Shown here: positions 39,901 through 54,900 of the stretch, one piece after another | How positions within the stretch are numbered: the first letter of the stretch is position 1 | Layout: every line of letters starts with the position of its first letter | Assembly (NCBI GenBank): GCA_964016885.1 | Contig: OZ024744.1 | Span: 20,584,001 to 20,648,000 of the forward strand | Direction: 5' to 3' | Source: Eledone cirrhosa | Lineage: Eukaryota | DNA length: 64,000 nt | Position numbers and translations under genes: made by a program | The notes under the pieces: generated by a model | What the model was told of the DNA's origin: nothing | The model's input: the letters and a program-made list of their open reading frames with translations, nothing else | The model's database searches: none

Positions 39901-42900
39901 CAACAGTTGAATCTTAAGAACTGACTCGTTTTAACAACAGTTAAATCTTAATAACTGACTCGTTTTAACAACAGTTGAATGTTAAGATAAAACTCGTTTT
40001 AACAATAGTTGAATCTTAAGAACTGACTCGTTTTAACAACAGTTGAATCTTAATATAAAACTCGTTTTAACAACTGTTGAATCTTAAGAACTGACTCGTT
40101 TTAACAACAGCTGAATCTTAAGATAAAATTCGTTTTAACAACAGTTGAATCTTAAGAACTGACTCGTTTTAACAACAGTTGAATCTTCAAATAAAACTCG
40201 TTTTAACAACAGTTGAATGTTATGATAAAACTCGTTTTAACAATAGTGGAATCTTAAGAACTGACTCGTTTTAACAACAGTTGAATCTTAAGATAAAACT
40301 CGTTTTAACAACAGTTCAATCTTAAGAACTGACTCGTTTTAACAACAGCTGAATCTTAAGATAAAACTCGTTTTAACAACAGTTCAAACTTAAGAAATGA
40401 CTCGTTTTAACAAAAGTTGAATCTTATGAACTGACTCATTTTAACAACAGTTGAATCTTAAGATAACATTCGTTTTAACAACAGTTGAATCTTAAGAACT
40501 GACTCGTTTTAACAACAGTTGAATCTTAAAGATAAAACTCGTTTCGACAACAGTTGAATCTTAAGAACTGACTCGTTTTAACAACAGCTGAATCTTAAGA
40601 TAAAACTCGTTTTAACAACAGTTGAATCTTAAGATAAAACTCGTTTTAACAACAGTTGAATCTTAAGAACTGACTCGTTTTAACGACAGCTGAATCTTAA
40701 GATAAAACTCGTTTTAACAACAGTTCAAACTTAAGAAATGACTCGTTTTAACAACAGTTGAATCTTATGAACTGACTCATTTTAACAACAGTTGAATCTT
40801 AAGAACTGATTCGTTTTAACAACAGCTGAATCTTAAGATAAAACTCGTTTTAACAACAGTTGAATCTTTAGAACTGACTCGTTTTAACAACAGCTGAATC
40901 TTAAGATAAAACTCGTTTTAACAACAGTTGAATCTTAAGAACTGACTCGTTTTAACAACAGCTGAATCTTAAGATAAAACTCGTTTTAACAACAGTTGAA
41001 TCTTAAGATAAAACTCGTTTTAACAACAGTTGAATCTTAAGAACTGACTCGTTTTAACAACAGCTGAATCTTAAGATAAAACTCGTTTAACAACAGTTGA
41101 ATCTTAAGATAAAACTCGTTTTAACAACAGTTGAATCTTAAGTACTGACTCGTTTTAACAACAGTTGAATCTTAAGATAAAACTCGTTTTAACAACAGTT
41201 GAATCTTATGAGCTAACTCATTTTAACAACAGTTGAATCTTAAGTTAAGACTCGTTTTAACAACAGTTGAATCTTAAGAACTGACTCGTTTTAACGACAG
41301 CTGAATCTTAAGATAAAACTTGATTTAACAACAGTTGAATCTTAAGAACTGACTCGTTTTAACAACAGTTGAATCTTAAGACAAAACCCGTTTTAACAAC
41401 AGTTGAATCTTAAGAACTGTCTCGTTTTAACAACAGTTGAATCTTAAGATAAACCTCGTTTTAACATTAGTTTAATCTTAAGAACTGACTCGTTTTAACA
41501 ACAGTTGAATCTTAAGACAAAACTCGTTTTAACAACAGTTGAATCTTAAGAACTGACTTGTTCTAACAACAGTTCAGCCTTAAGAACTGACTCGTTTTAA
41601 AACAGTTGAATCGTTAGAACTGACTCGTTTTAACAACAGTTGAATCTTAAAATAAAACTCGTTTTAACAATAGTTGAATCTCAAGAACTGACTCGTTTTA
41701 GCAACAGTTGAATCTTAAGATAACACTCGTTTTCATAACAGTTGAATCTTAAGAACTGTCTCGTTTTAACAACAGTTGAATCTTAAGATAAACCTCGTTT
41801 TAACAACAGTTGAATCTTAAGAACTGACTCGTTTTAACAACAGTTAAATCTTAATAACAGACTCGTTTTAACAACAGTTGAATCTTAAGATAAAACTCGT
41901 TTTAACAACTGTTGAATCTTAAGAACTGACTCGTTTTAACAACAGCTGAATCTTAAGATAAAACTCGTTTTAACAACAGTTGAATCTTAAGAACTGACTC
42001 GTTTTAACAACAGTTGAATCTTAAGATAAAACCCGTTTTAACAACTGTTGAATCTTAAGAACTGACTCGTTTTAACAACAGCTGAATCTTAAGATAAAAC
42101 TCGTTTTAACAACAGTTGAATCTTAAGAACTGACTCGTTTTAACAACAGTTGAATCTTCAAATAAAACTCGTTTTAACAACAGTTGAATCTTAAGAACTG
42201 ACTCGTTTTAACAACAGTTGAATGTTAAGATAAAACTCGTTTTAACAATAGTTGAAACTTAAGAACTGACTCGTTTTAACAACAGTTGAATCTTAAGATA
42301 AAACTCGTTTTAACAACAGTTGAATCTTAAGAACTGACTCGTTTTAACAACAGCTGAATCTTAAGATAAAACTCGTTTTAACAACAGTTGAATCTTAAGA
42401 ACGGACTCGTTTTAACAACAGCTGAATCTTAAGATAAAACTCGTTTTAACGACAGTTGAATCTTAAGAACTGATTCGTTTTAACAACAGTTCAAACTTAA
42501 GAACTGACTCGTTTTATCAACAGTTGAATCTTAGGAAATGACTCATTTTAACAACAGTTGAATCTTAAGATAACATTCGTTTTAACAACAGTTGAATCTT
42601 AAGAACTGACTCGTTTTAACAACAGTTGAATCTTAAAGATAAAACTCGTTTCAACAACAGTTGAATCTTAAGAACTGTCTCGTTTTAACAACAGCTGAAT
42701 CTTAAGATAAAAATCGTTTTAACAACAGTTGAATCTTAAGATAAAACTCGTTTTAACAACAGTTGAATCTTAAGAACTGACTCGTTTTAACGACAGCTGA
42801 ATCTTAAGATAAAACTCGTTTTAACAACAGTTGAATCTTAAGAACAGACTCGTTTTAGCAACAGCTGAATCTTAAGATAAAACTCGTTTTAACAACAGTT

Positions 42901-45900
42901 GAATCTTAAGAACTGACTCGTTTTAACAACAGCTGAATCTTAATATAAAACTCGTTTTAACGACAGCTGATTCTTAAGATAAAACTCGTTTTAACAACAG
43001 TTGGATCTTAAGAACTGACTCGTTTTAAGAACAGTTGAATCTTACGATAAAACTCGTTTTAACAACAGTTGAATCTTAAGAACTGACTCTTTTTAACAAC
43101 AGTTGAATCTTAAGATAAAACTCGTTTTAACAACAGTTGAATCTTATGAGCTAACTCATTTTAACAACAGTTGAATCTTAAGTTAAGACCCGTTTTAACA
43201 ACAGTTGAATCTTAAGAACTGACTCGTTTTAACAACAGCTGAATCTTAAGATAAAACTCGTTTTAACAACAGTTGAATCTTAAGAACTGACTCGTTTTAA
43301 CAACAGCTGAATCTTAAGATAAAACTCGTTTTAACAACAGTTGAATCTTAAGATAAAACTCGTTTTAACAACAGTTGAATCTTAAGTACTGACTCGTTTT
43401 AACAACAGTTGAATCTTAAGATAAAACTCGTTTTAACAACAGTTGAATCTTATGAGCTAACTCATTTTAACAACAGTTGAATCTTAAGTTAAGACTCGTT
43501 TTAACAACAGTTGTATCTTAAGAACTGACTCGTTTTAACGACAGCTGAATCTTAAGATAAAACTTGTTTTAACAACAGTTGAATCTTAAAGATAAAACTC
43601 GCTTTAACAACAGTTGAATCTTAAGAACTGACTCGTTTTAACAACAGTTGAATCTTAAGACAAAACCCGTTTTAACAACAGTTGAATCTTAAGAACTGTC
43701 TCGTTTTAACAACAGTTCAATCTTAAGATAAACCTCGTTTTAACAACAGTTTAATCTTAAGAACTGACTCGTTTTAACAACAGTTGAATCTTAAGACAAA
43801 ACTCGTTTTAACAACAGTTGAATCTTAAGAACTGACTTGTTCTAACAACAGTTCAGCCTTAAGAAGTGACTCGTTTTAAAACAGTTGAATCGTTAGAACT
43901 GACTCGTTTTAACAACAGTTGAATCTTAAATTAAAACTCGTTTTAACAATAGTTGAATCTCAAGAACTGACTCGTTTTAGCAACAGTTGAATCTTAAGAT
44001 AACACTCGTTTTCATAACAGTTGAATCTTAAGAACTGTCTCGTTTTAACAACAGTTGAATCTTAAGATAAACCTCGTTTTAACAACAGTTGAATCTTAAG
44101 AACTGACTCGTTTTAACAACAGTTAAATCTTAATAACTGACTCGTTTTAACAACAGTTGAATCTTAAGATAAAACTCGTTTTAACAACTGTTGAATCTTA
44201 AGAACTGACTCGTTTTAACAACAGCTGAATCTTAAGATAAAACTCGTTTTAACAACAGTTGAATCTTAAGAACTGACTCGTTTTAACAACAGTTGAATCT
44301 TCAAATAAAACTCGTTTTAACAACAGTTGAATCTTAAGAACTGACTCGTTTTAACAACAGTTGAATGTTAAGATAAAACTCGTTTTAACAATAGTTGAAA
44401 CTTAAGAACTGACTCGTTTTAACAACAGTTGAATCTTAAGATAAAACTCGTTTTAACAACAGTTGAATCTTAAGAACTGACTCGTTTTAACAACAGCTGA
44501 ATCTTAAGATAAAACTCGTTTTAACAACAGTTGAATCTTAAGAACGGACTCGTTTTAACAACAGCTGAATCTTAAGATAAAACTCGTTTTAACGACAGTT
44601 CAAACATAAGAACTGACTCGTTTTATCAACAGTTGAATCTTATGAACTGACTCATTTTAACAACAGTTGAATCTTAAGATAACATTCGTTTTAACAACAG
44701 TTGAATCTTAAGAACTGACTCGTTTTAACAACAGTTGAATCTTAAAGATAAACTCGTTTCAACAACAGTTGAATCTTAAGAACTGACTCGTTTTAACATC
44801 AGCTGAATCTTAAGATAAAACTCGTTTTAACAACAGTTGAATCTTAAGATAAAACTCGTTTTAACAACAGTTGAATCTCAAGAACTGACTCGTTTTAACG
44901 ACAGCTGAATCTTAAGATAAAACTCGTTTTAACAACAGTTCAAACTTAAGAGATGACTCGTTTTAACAACAGTTGAATCTTATGAACTGAATCATTTTAA
45001 CAAAAGTTGAATTTTAAGAACTGATTCGTTTTAACAACAGTTGAATCTTAAGGTAAAACTCGTTTTAACAACAGTTGAATCTTAAGAACTGACTCGTTTT
45101 AACAACAGCTGAATCTTAAGATAAAACTCGTTTTAACAACAGTTGAATCTTAAGATAAAACTCGTTTTAACAACAGTTGAATCTTAAGAACTGACTCGTT
45201 TTAACAACAGTTGAATCTTAAGATAAAACTCGTTTGAACAACAGTTGAATCTTATGAACTAACTAATTTTTACAACAGTTGAATCTTAAGTTAAGACTCG
45301 TTTTAACAACAGTTGAATCTTAAGAACTGACTCGTTTTAACAACAGCTGAATCTTAAGATAAAACTCGTTTTAACAACAGTTGAATCTTAAAGATAAAAC
45401 TCGCTTTAACAACAGTTGAATCTTAAGAACTGACTCGTTTTAACAACAGTTGAATCTTAAGATAAACCTCGTTTTAACAACAGTTTAATCTTAAGAACTG
45501 ACTCGTTTTAACAACAGTTGAATCTTAAGACAAAACTCGTTTTAACAACAGTTCAATCTTAAGAACTGATTTGTTCTAACAACAGTTCAGCCTTAAGAAC
45601 TGACTCGTTTTAAAACAGTTGAATCGTTAGAACTGACTCGTTTTAACAACAGTTGAATCTTAAGATAAAACTCGTTTTAACAACAGTTAAATCTAAATAA
45701 CTGACTCGTTTTAACAACAGTTGAATGTTAAGATAAAACTCGTTTTAACAATAGTTGAATCTTAAGAACTGACTCGTTTTAACAACAGTTGAATCTTAAG
45801 ATAAAACTCGTTTTAACAACTGTTGAATCTTAAGAACTGACTCGTTTTAACAACAGCTGAATCTTAAGATAAAACTCGTTTTAACAACAGTTGAATCTTA

Positions 45901-48900
45901 AGAACTGACTCGTTTTAACAACAGTTGAATCTTAAGATAAAACTCGTTTTAACAACAGTTGAATCTTAAGAACTGACTCGTTTTAACAACAGCTGAATCT
46001 TAAGATAAAACTCGTTTTAACAACAGTTGAATCCTAAGAACTGACTTGTTTTATCAACAGTCCAACCGTAAGAACTGACTCGTTTTAACAACAGTTGAAT
46101 GTTCAAATAAAACTCGTTTTAACAACAGTTGAATCTTAAGAACTGACTCGTTTTAACAACAGTTGAATCTTAAGAACTGACTCGTTTTAACAACAGTTAA
46201 ATCTTAATAACTGACTCGTTTTAACAACAGTTGAATGTTAAGATAAAACTCGTTTTAACAACAGTTGAATCTTAAGAACTGACTCGTTTTAACAACAGTT
46301 GAATCTTCAAATAAAACTCGTTTTAACAACAGTTGAACATTAAGATAAAACTCGTTTTAACAACAGTTGAATGTTAAGATAAAACTCGTTTTAACAATAG
46401 TTGAATCCTAAGAACTGACTCGTTTTAACAACAGTTGAATCTTAAGATAAAACTCGTTTTAACAACAGTTGAATCTTAAGAACTGACTTGTTTTATCAAC
46501 AGTCCAACCGTAAGAACTGACTCGTTTTAACAACAGTTGAATGTTCAAATAAAACTCGTTTTAACAACAGTTGAATCTTAAGAACTGACTCGTTTTAACA
46601 ACAGTTGAATCTTAAGAACTGACTCGTTTTAACAACAGTTAAATCTTAAGAACTGACTCGTTTTAACAACAGCTGAATCTTAAGATAAAACTCGTTTTAA
46701 CAACAGTTGAATCTTAAGAACTGACTCGTTTTAACAACAGCTGAATCTTAAGATAAAACTCGTTTTAACAACAGTTGAATCTTAAGATAAAACTCGTTTT
46801 AACAACAGTTGAATGTTAAGAACTGACTCTTTTTAACAACAGTTGAATCTTAAGATAAAACTCGTTTTAACAACAGTTGAATCTTATGAGCTAACTCATT
46901 TTAACAACAGTTGAATCTTAAGTTCAGACTCGTTTTAACAACAGTTGAATCTTAAGAACTGACTCGTTTTAACAACAGCTGAATCTTAAGATAAAACTCG
47001 TTTTAACAACAGTTGAATCTTAAGAACTGACTCGTTTTAACAACAGCTGAATCTTAAGATAAAACTCGTTTTAACAACAGTTGAATCTTAAGATAAAACT
47101 CGTTTTAACAACAGTTGAATCTTAAGTACTGACTCGTTTTAACAACAGTTGAATCTTAAGATAAAACTCGTTTTAACAACAGTTGAATCTTATGAGCTAA
47201 CTCATTTTAACAACAGTTGAATCTTAAGTTAAGACTCGTTTTAACAACAGTTGAATCTTAAGAACTGACTCGTTTTAACGACAGCTGAATCTTAAGATAA
47301 AACTTGATTTACCAACAGTTGAATCTTAAAGATAAAACTCGCTTTAACAACAGTTGAATCTTAAGAACTGACTCGTTTTAACAACAGTTGAATCTTAAGA
47401 CAAAACCCGTTTTAACAACAGTTGAATCTTAAGAACTGTCTCGTTTTAACAACAGTTGAATCTTAAGATAAACCTCGTTTTAACAACAGTTTAATCTTAA
47501 GAACTGACTCGTTTTAACAACAGTTGAATCTTAAGACAAAACTCGTTTTAACAACAGTTGAATCTTAAGAACTGACTTGTTCTAACAACAGTTCAGCCTT
47601 AAGAACTGACTCGTTTTAAAACAGTTGAATCGTTAGAACTGACTCGTTTTAACAACAGTTGAATCTTAAAATAAAACTCGTTTTAACAATAGTTGAATCT
47701 CAAGAACTGACTCGTTTTAGCAACAGTTGAATCTTAAGATAACACTCGTTTTCATAACAGTTGAATCTTAAGAACTGTCTCGTTTTAACAACAGTTGAAT
47801 CTTAAGATAAACCTCGTTTTAACAACAGTTGAATCTTAAGAACTGACTCGTTTTAACAACAGTTAAATCTTAATAACAGACTCGTTTTAACAACAGTTGA
47901 ATCTTAAGATAAAACTCGTTTTAACAACAGTTGAATCTTAAGAACTGACTCGTTTTAACGACAGCTGAATCTTAAGATAAAACTCGTTTTAACAACAGTT
48001 CAAACTTAAGAAATGACTCGTTTTAACAACAGTTGAATCTTATGAACTGACTCATTTTAACAACAGTTGAATCTTAAGAACTGATTCGTTTTAACAACAG
48101 CTGAATCTTAAGATAAAACTCGTTTTAACAACAGTTGAATCTTTAGAACTGACTCGTTTTAACAACAGCTGAATCTTAAGATAAAACTCGTTTTAACAAC
48201 AGTTGAATCTTAAGAACTGACTCGTTTTAACAACAGCTGAATCTTAAGATAAAACTCGTTTTAACAACAGTTGAATCTTAAGATAAAACTCGTTTTAACA
48301 ACAGTTGAATCTTAAGAACTGACTCTTTTTAACAACAGTTGAATCTTAAGATAAAACTCGTTTTAACAACAGTTGAATCTTATGAGCTAACTCATTTTAA
48401 CAACAGTTTAATCTTAAGTTCAGACTCGTTTTAACAACAGTTGAATCTTAAGAACTGACTCGTTTTAACAACAGCTGAATCTTAAGATAAAACTCGTTTT
48501 AACAACAGTTGAATCTTAAGAACTGACTCGTTTTAACAACAGCTGAATCTTAAGATAAAACTCGTTTTAACAACAGTTGAATCTTAAGATAAAACTCGTT
48601 TTAACAACAGTTGAATCTTAAGTACTGACTCGTTTTAACAACAGTTGAATCTTAAGATAAAACTCGTTTTAACAACAGTTGAATCTTATGAGCTAACTCA
48701 TTTTAACAACAGTTGAATCTTAAGTTAAGACTCGTTTTAACAACAGTTGAATCTTAAGAACTGACTCGTTTTAACGACAGCTGAATCTTAAGATAAAACT
48801 TGATTTAACAACAGTTGAATCTTAAAGATAAAACTCGCTTTAACAACAGTTGAATCTTAAGAACTGACTCGTTTTAACAACAGTTGAATCTTAAGACAAA

Positions 48901-51900
48901 ACCCGTTTTAACAACAGTTGAATCTTAAGAACTGTCTCGTTTTAACAACAGTTGAATCTTAAGATAAACCTCGTTTTAACAACAGTTTAATCTTAAGAAC
49001 TGACTCGTTTTAACAACAGTTGAATCTTAAGACAAAACTCGTTTTAACAACAGTTGAATCTTAAGAACTGACTTGTTCTAACAACAGTTCAGCCTTATGA
49101 ACTGACTCGTTTTAAAACAGTTGAATCGTTAGAACTGACTCGTTTTAACAACAGTTGAATCTTAAAATAAAACTCGTTTTAACAATAGTTGAATCTCAAG
49201 AACTGACTCGTTTTAGCAACAGTTGAATCTTAAGATAACACTCGTTTTCATAACAGTTGAATCTTAAGAACTGTCTCGTTTTAACAACAGTTGAATCTTA
49301 AGATAAACCTCGTTTTAACAACAGTTGAATCTTAAGAACTGACTCGTTTTAACAACAGTTAAATCTTAATAACAGACTCGTTTTAACAACAGTTGAATCT
49401 TAAGATAAAACTCGTTTTAACAACTGTTGAATCTTAAGAACTGACTCGTTTTAACAACAGCTGAATCTTAAGATAAAACTCGTTTTAACAACAGTTGAAT
49501 CTTAAGAACTGACTCGTTTTAACAACAGTTGAATCTTAAGATAAAACCCGTTTTAACAACTGTTGAATCTTAAGAACTGACTCGTTTTAACAACAGCTGA
49601 ATCTTAAGATAAAACTCGTTTTAACAACAGTTGAATCTTAAGAACTGACTCGTTTTAACAACAGTTGAATCTTCAAATAAAACTCGTTTTAACAACAGTT
49701 GAATCTTAAGAACTGACTCGTTTTAACAACAGTTGAATGTTAAGATAAAACTCGTTTTAACAATAGTTGAAACTTAAGAACTGACTCGTTTTAACAACAG
49801 TTGAATCTTAAGATAAAACTCGTTTTAACAACAGTTGAATCTTAAGAACTGACTCGTTTTAACAACAGCTGAATCTTAAGATAAAACTCGTTTTAACAAC
49901 AGTTGAATCTTAAGAACTGACTCGTTTTAACAACAGCTGAATCTTAAGATAAAACTTGTTTTAACAACAGTTCAAACTTAAGAAATGACTCGTTTTAACA
50001 ACAGTTGAATCTTATGAACTGACTCATTTTAACAACAGTTGAATCTTAAGAACTGATTCGTTTTAACAACAGCTGAATCTTAAGATAGAACTCGTTTTAA
50101 CAACAGTTGAATCTTAAGAACTGACTCGTTTTAACAACAGCTGAATCTTAAGATAAAACTCGTTTTAACAACAGTTGAATCTTAAGAACTGACTCGTTTT
50201 AACAACAGCTGAATCTTAAGATAAAACTCGTTTTAACAACAGTTGAATCTTAAGATAAAACTCGTTTTAACAACAGTTGAATCTTAAGAACTGACTCTTT
50301 TTAACAACAGTTGAATCTTAAGATAAAACTCGTTTTAACAACAGTTGAATCTTATGAGCTAACTCATTTTAACAACAGTTGAATCTTAAGTTAAGACTCG
50401 TTTTAACAACAGTTGAATCTTAAGAACTGACTCGTTTTAACAACAGCTGAATCTTAAGATAAAACTCGTTTTAACAACAGTTGAATCTTAAGAACTGACT
50501 CGTTTTAACAACAGCTGAATCTTAAGATAAAATTCGTTTTAACAACAGTTGAATCTTAAGATAAAACTCGTTTTAACAACAGTTGAATCTTAAGTACTGA
50601 CTCTTTTTAACAACAGTTGAATCTTAAGATAAAACTCGTTTTAAACAACAGTTGAATCTTATGAGCTAACTCATTTTAACAACAGTTGAATCTTAAGTTA
50701 AGACTCGTTTTAACAACAGTTGAATCTAAATAACTGACTCGTTTTAACAACAGTTGAATGTTAAGATAAAACTCGTTTTAACAATAGTTGAACCTTAAGA
50801 ACTGACTCGTTTTAACAACAGTTGAATCTTAAGATAAAACTCGTTTTAACAACTGTTGAATCTTAAGAACTGACTCGTTTTAACAACAGCTGAATCTTAA
50901 GACAAAACTCGTTTTAAGAACAGTTGAATCTTAAGAACTGACTCGTTTTAACAACAGTTGAATCTTAAGAACTGACTCGTTTTAACAACAGTTGAATGTT
51001 AAGATAAAACTCGTTTTAACAATAGTTGAATCTTAAGAACTGACTCGTTTTAACAACAGTTGAATCTTAAGATAAAACTCGTTTTAACAACAGTTGAATC
51101 TTAAGAACTGACTCGTTTTAACAACAGCTGAATCTTAATATAAAACTCGTTTTAACAACAGTTGAATCTTAAGAACTGACTCGTTTTAACAACAGTTGAA
51201 TCTTAAGAACTGACTCGTTTTAACGACAGCTGAATCTTAAGATAAAACTCGTTTTAACAACAGTTGGATCTTAAGAACTGACTCGTTTTAACAACAGTTG
51301 AATCTTACGATAAAACTCGTTTTAACAACAGTTGAATCTTATGAACTAACTCATTTTAACAACAGTTGAATCTTAAGTTAAGACTCGTTTTAACAACAGT
51401 TGAATCTTAAGTTAAGACTCGTTTTAACAACAGTTGAATCTTAAGAACTGACTCGTTTTAACAACAGTTGAATCTTAAGACAAAACCCGTTTTAACAACA
51501 GTTGAATCTTAAGAACTGTCTCGTTTTAACAACAGTTGAATCTTAAGATAAACCTCGTTTTAACAACAGTTTAATCTTAAGAACAGGCTCGTTTTAACAA
51601 CAGTTGAATCTTAAGACAAAACTCGTTTTAACAACAGTTGAATCTTAAGAACTGACTTGTTCTAACAACAGTTCAGCCTTAAGAACTGACTCGTTTTAAA
51701 ACAGTTGAATCGTTAGAACTGACTCGTTTTAACAACAGTTGAATCTTAAAATAAAACTCGTTTTAACAATAGTTGAATCTCAAGAACTGACTCGTTTTAG
51801 CAACAGTTGAATCTTAAGATAACACTCGTTTTCATAACAGTTGAATCTTAAGAACTGTCTCGTTTCAACAACAGTTGAATTTTAAGATAAACCTCGTTTT

Positions 51901-54900
51901 GACAACAGTTGAATCTTAAGAACTGACTCGTTTTAACAACAGTTAAATCTTAATAACTGACTCGTTTTAACAACAGTTGAATGTTAAGATAAAACTCGTT
52001 TTAACAATAGTTGAATCTTAAGAACTGACTCGTTTTAACAACAGTTGAATCTTAATATAAAACTCGTTTTAACAACTGTTGAATCTTAAGAACTGACTCG
52101 TTTTAACAACAGCTGAATCTTAAGATAAAATTCGTTTTAACAACAGTTGAATCTTAAGAACTGACTCGTTTTAACAACAGTTGAATCTTCAAATAAAACT
52201 CGTTTTAACAACAGTTGAATGTTATGATAAAACTCGTTTTAACAATAGTGGAATCTTAAGAACTGACTCGTTTTAACAACAGTTGAATCTTAAGATAAAA
52301 CTCGTTTTAACAACAGTTCAATCTTAAGAACTGACTCGTTTTAACAACAGCTGAATCTTAAGATAAAACTCGTTTTAACAACAGTTCAAACTTAAGAAAT
52401 GACTCGTTTTAACAAAAGTTGAATCTTATGAACTGACTCATTTTAACAACAGTTGAATCTTAAGATAACATTCGTTTTAACAACAGTTGAATCTTAAGAA
52501 CTGACTCGTTTTAACAACAGTTGAATCTTAAAGATAAAACTCGTTTCGACAACAGTTGAATCTTAAGAACTGACTCGTTTTAACAACAGCTGAATCTTAA
52601 GATAAAACTCGTTTTAACAACAGTTGAATCTTAAGATAAAACTCGTTTTAACAACAGTTGAATCTTAAGAACTGACTCGTTTTAACGACAGCTGAATCTT
52701 AAGATAAAACTCGTTTTAACAACAGTTCAAACTTAAGAAATGACTCGTTTTAACAACAGTTGAATCTTATGAACTGACTCATTTTAACAACAGTTGAATC
52801 TTAAGAACTGATTCGTTTTAACAACAGCTGAATCTTAAGATAAAACTCGTTTTAACAACAGTTGAATCTTTAGAACTGACTCGTTTTAACAACAGCTGAA
52901 TCTTAAGATAAAACTCGTTTTAACAACAGTTGAATCTTAAGAACTGACTCGTTTTAACAACAGCTGAATCTTAAGATAAAACTCGTTTTAACAACAGTTG
53001 AATCTTAAGATAAAACTCGTTTTAACAACAGTTGAATCTTAAGAACTGACTCGTTTTAACAACAGCTGAATCTTAAGATAAAACTCGTTTAACAACAGTT
53101 GAATCTTAAGATAAAACTCGTTTTAACAACAGTTGAATCTTAAGTACTGACTCGTTTTAACAACAGTTGAATCTTAAGATAAAACTCGTTTTAACAACAG
53201 TTGAATCTTATGAGCTAACTCATTTTAACAACAGTTGAATCTTAAGTTAAGACTCGTTTTAACAACAGTTGAATCTTAAGAACTGACTCGTTTTAACGAC
53301 AGCTGAATCTTAAGATAAAACTTGATTTAACAACAGTTGAATCTTAAGAACTGACTCGTTTTAACAACAGTTGAATCTTAAGACAAAACCCGTTTTAACA
53401 ACAGTTGAATCTTAAGAACTGTCTCGTTTTAACAACAGTTGAATCTTAAGATAAACCTCGTTTTAACATTAGTTTAATCTTAAGAACTGACTCGTTTTAA
53501 CAACAGTTGAATCTTAAGACAAAACTCGTTTTAACAACAGTTGAATCTTAAGAACTGACTTGTTCTAACAACAGTTCAGCCTTAAGAACTGACTCGTTTT
53601 AAAACAGTTGAATCGTTAGAACTGACTCGTTTTAACAACAGTTGAATCTTAAAATAAAACTCGTTTTAACAATAGTTGAATCTCAAGAACTGACTCGTTT
53701 TAGCAACAGTTGAATCTTAAGATAACACTCGTTTTCATAACAGTTGAATCTTAAGAACTGTCTCGTTTTAACAACAGTTGAATCTTAAGATAAACCTCGT
53801 TTTAACAACAGTTGAATCTTAAGAACTGACTCGTTTTAACAACAGTTAAATCTTAATAACAGACTCGTTTTAACAACAGTTGAATCTTAAGATAAAACTC
53901 GTTTTAACAACTGTTGAATCTTAAGAACTGACTCGTTTTAACAACAGCTGAATCTTAAGATAAAACTCGTTTTAACAACAGTTGAATCTTAAGAACTGAC
54001 TCGTTTTAACAACAGTTGAATCTTAAGATAAAACCCGTTTTAACAACTGTTGAATCTTAAGAACTGACTCGTTTTAACAACAGCTGAATCTTAAGATAAA
54101 ACTCGTTTTAACAACAGTTGAATCTTAAGAACTGACTCGTTTTAACAACAGTTGAATCTTCAAATAAAACTCGTTTTAACAACAGTTGAATCTTAAGAAC
54201 TGACTCGTTTTAACAACAGTTGAATGTTAAGATAAAACTCGTTTTAACAATAGTTGAAACTTAAGAACTGACTCGTTTTAACAACAGTTGAATCTTAAGA
54301 TAAAACTCGTTTTAACAACAGTTGAATCTTAAGAACTGACTCGTTTTAACAACAGCTGAATCTTAAGATAAAACTCGTTTTAACAACAGTTGAATCTTAA
54401 GAACGGACTCGTTTTAACAACAGCTGAATCTTAAGATAAAACTCGTTTTAACGACAGTTGAATCTTAAGAACTGATTCGTTTTAACAACAGTTCAAACTT
54501 AAGAACTGACTCGTTTTATCAACAGTTGAATCTTAGGAAATGACTCATTTTAACAACAGTTGAATCTTAAGATAACATTCGTTTTAACAACAGTTGAATC
54601 TTAAGAACTGACTCGTTTTAACAACAGTTGAATCTTAAAGATAAAACTCGTTTCAACAACAGTTGAATCTTAAGAACTGTCTCGTTTTAACAACAGCTGA
54701 ATCTTAAGATAAAAATCGTTTTAACAACAGTTGAATCTTAAGATAAAACTCGTTTTAACAACAGTTGAATCTTAAGAACTGACTCGTTTTAACGACAGCT
54801 GAATCTTAAGATAAAACTCGTTTTAACAACAGTTGAATCTTAAGAACAGACTCGTTTTAGCAACAGCTGAATCTTAAGATAAAACTCGTTTTAACAACAG

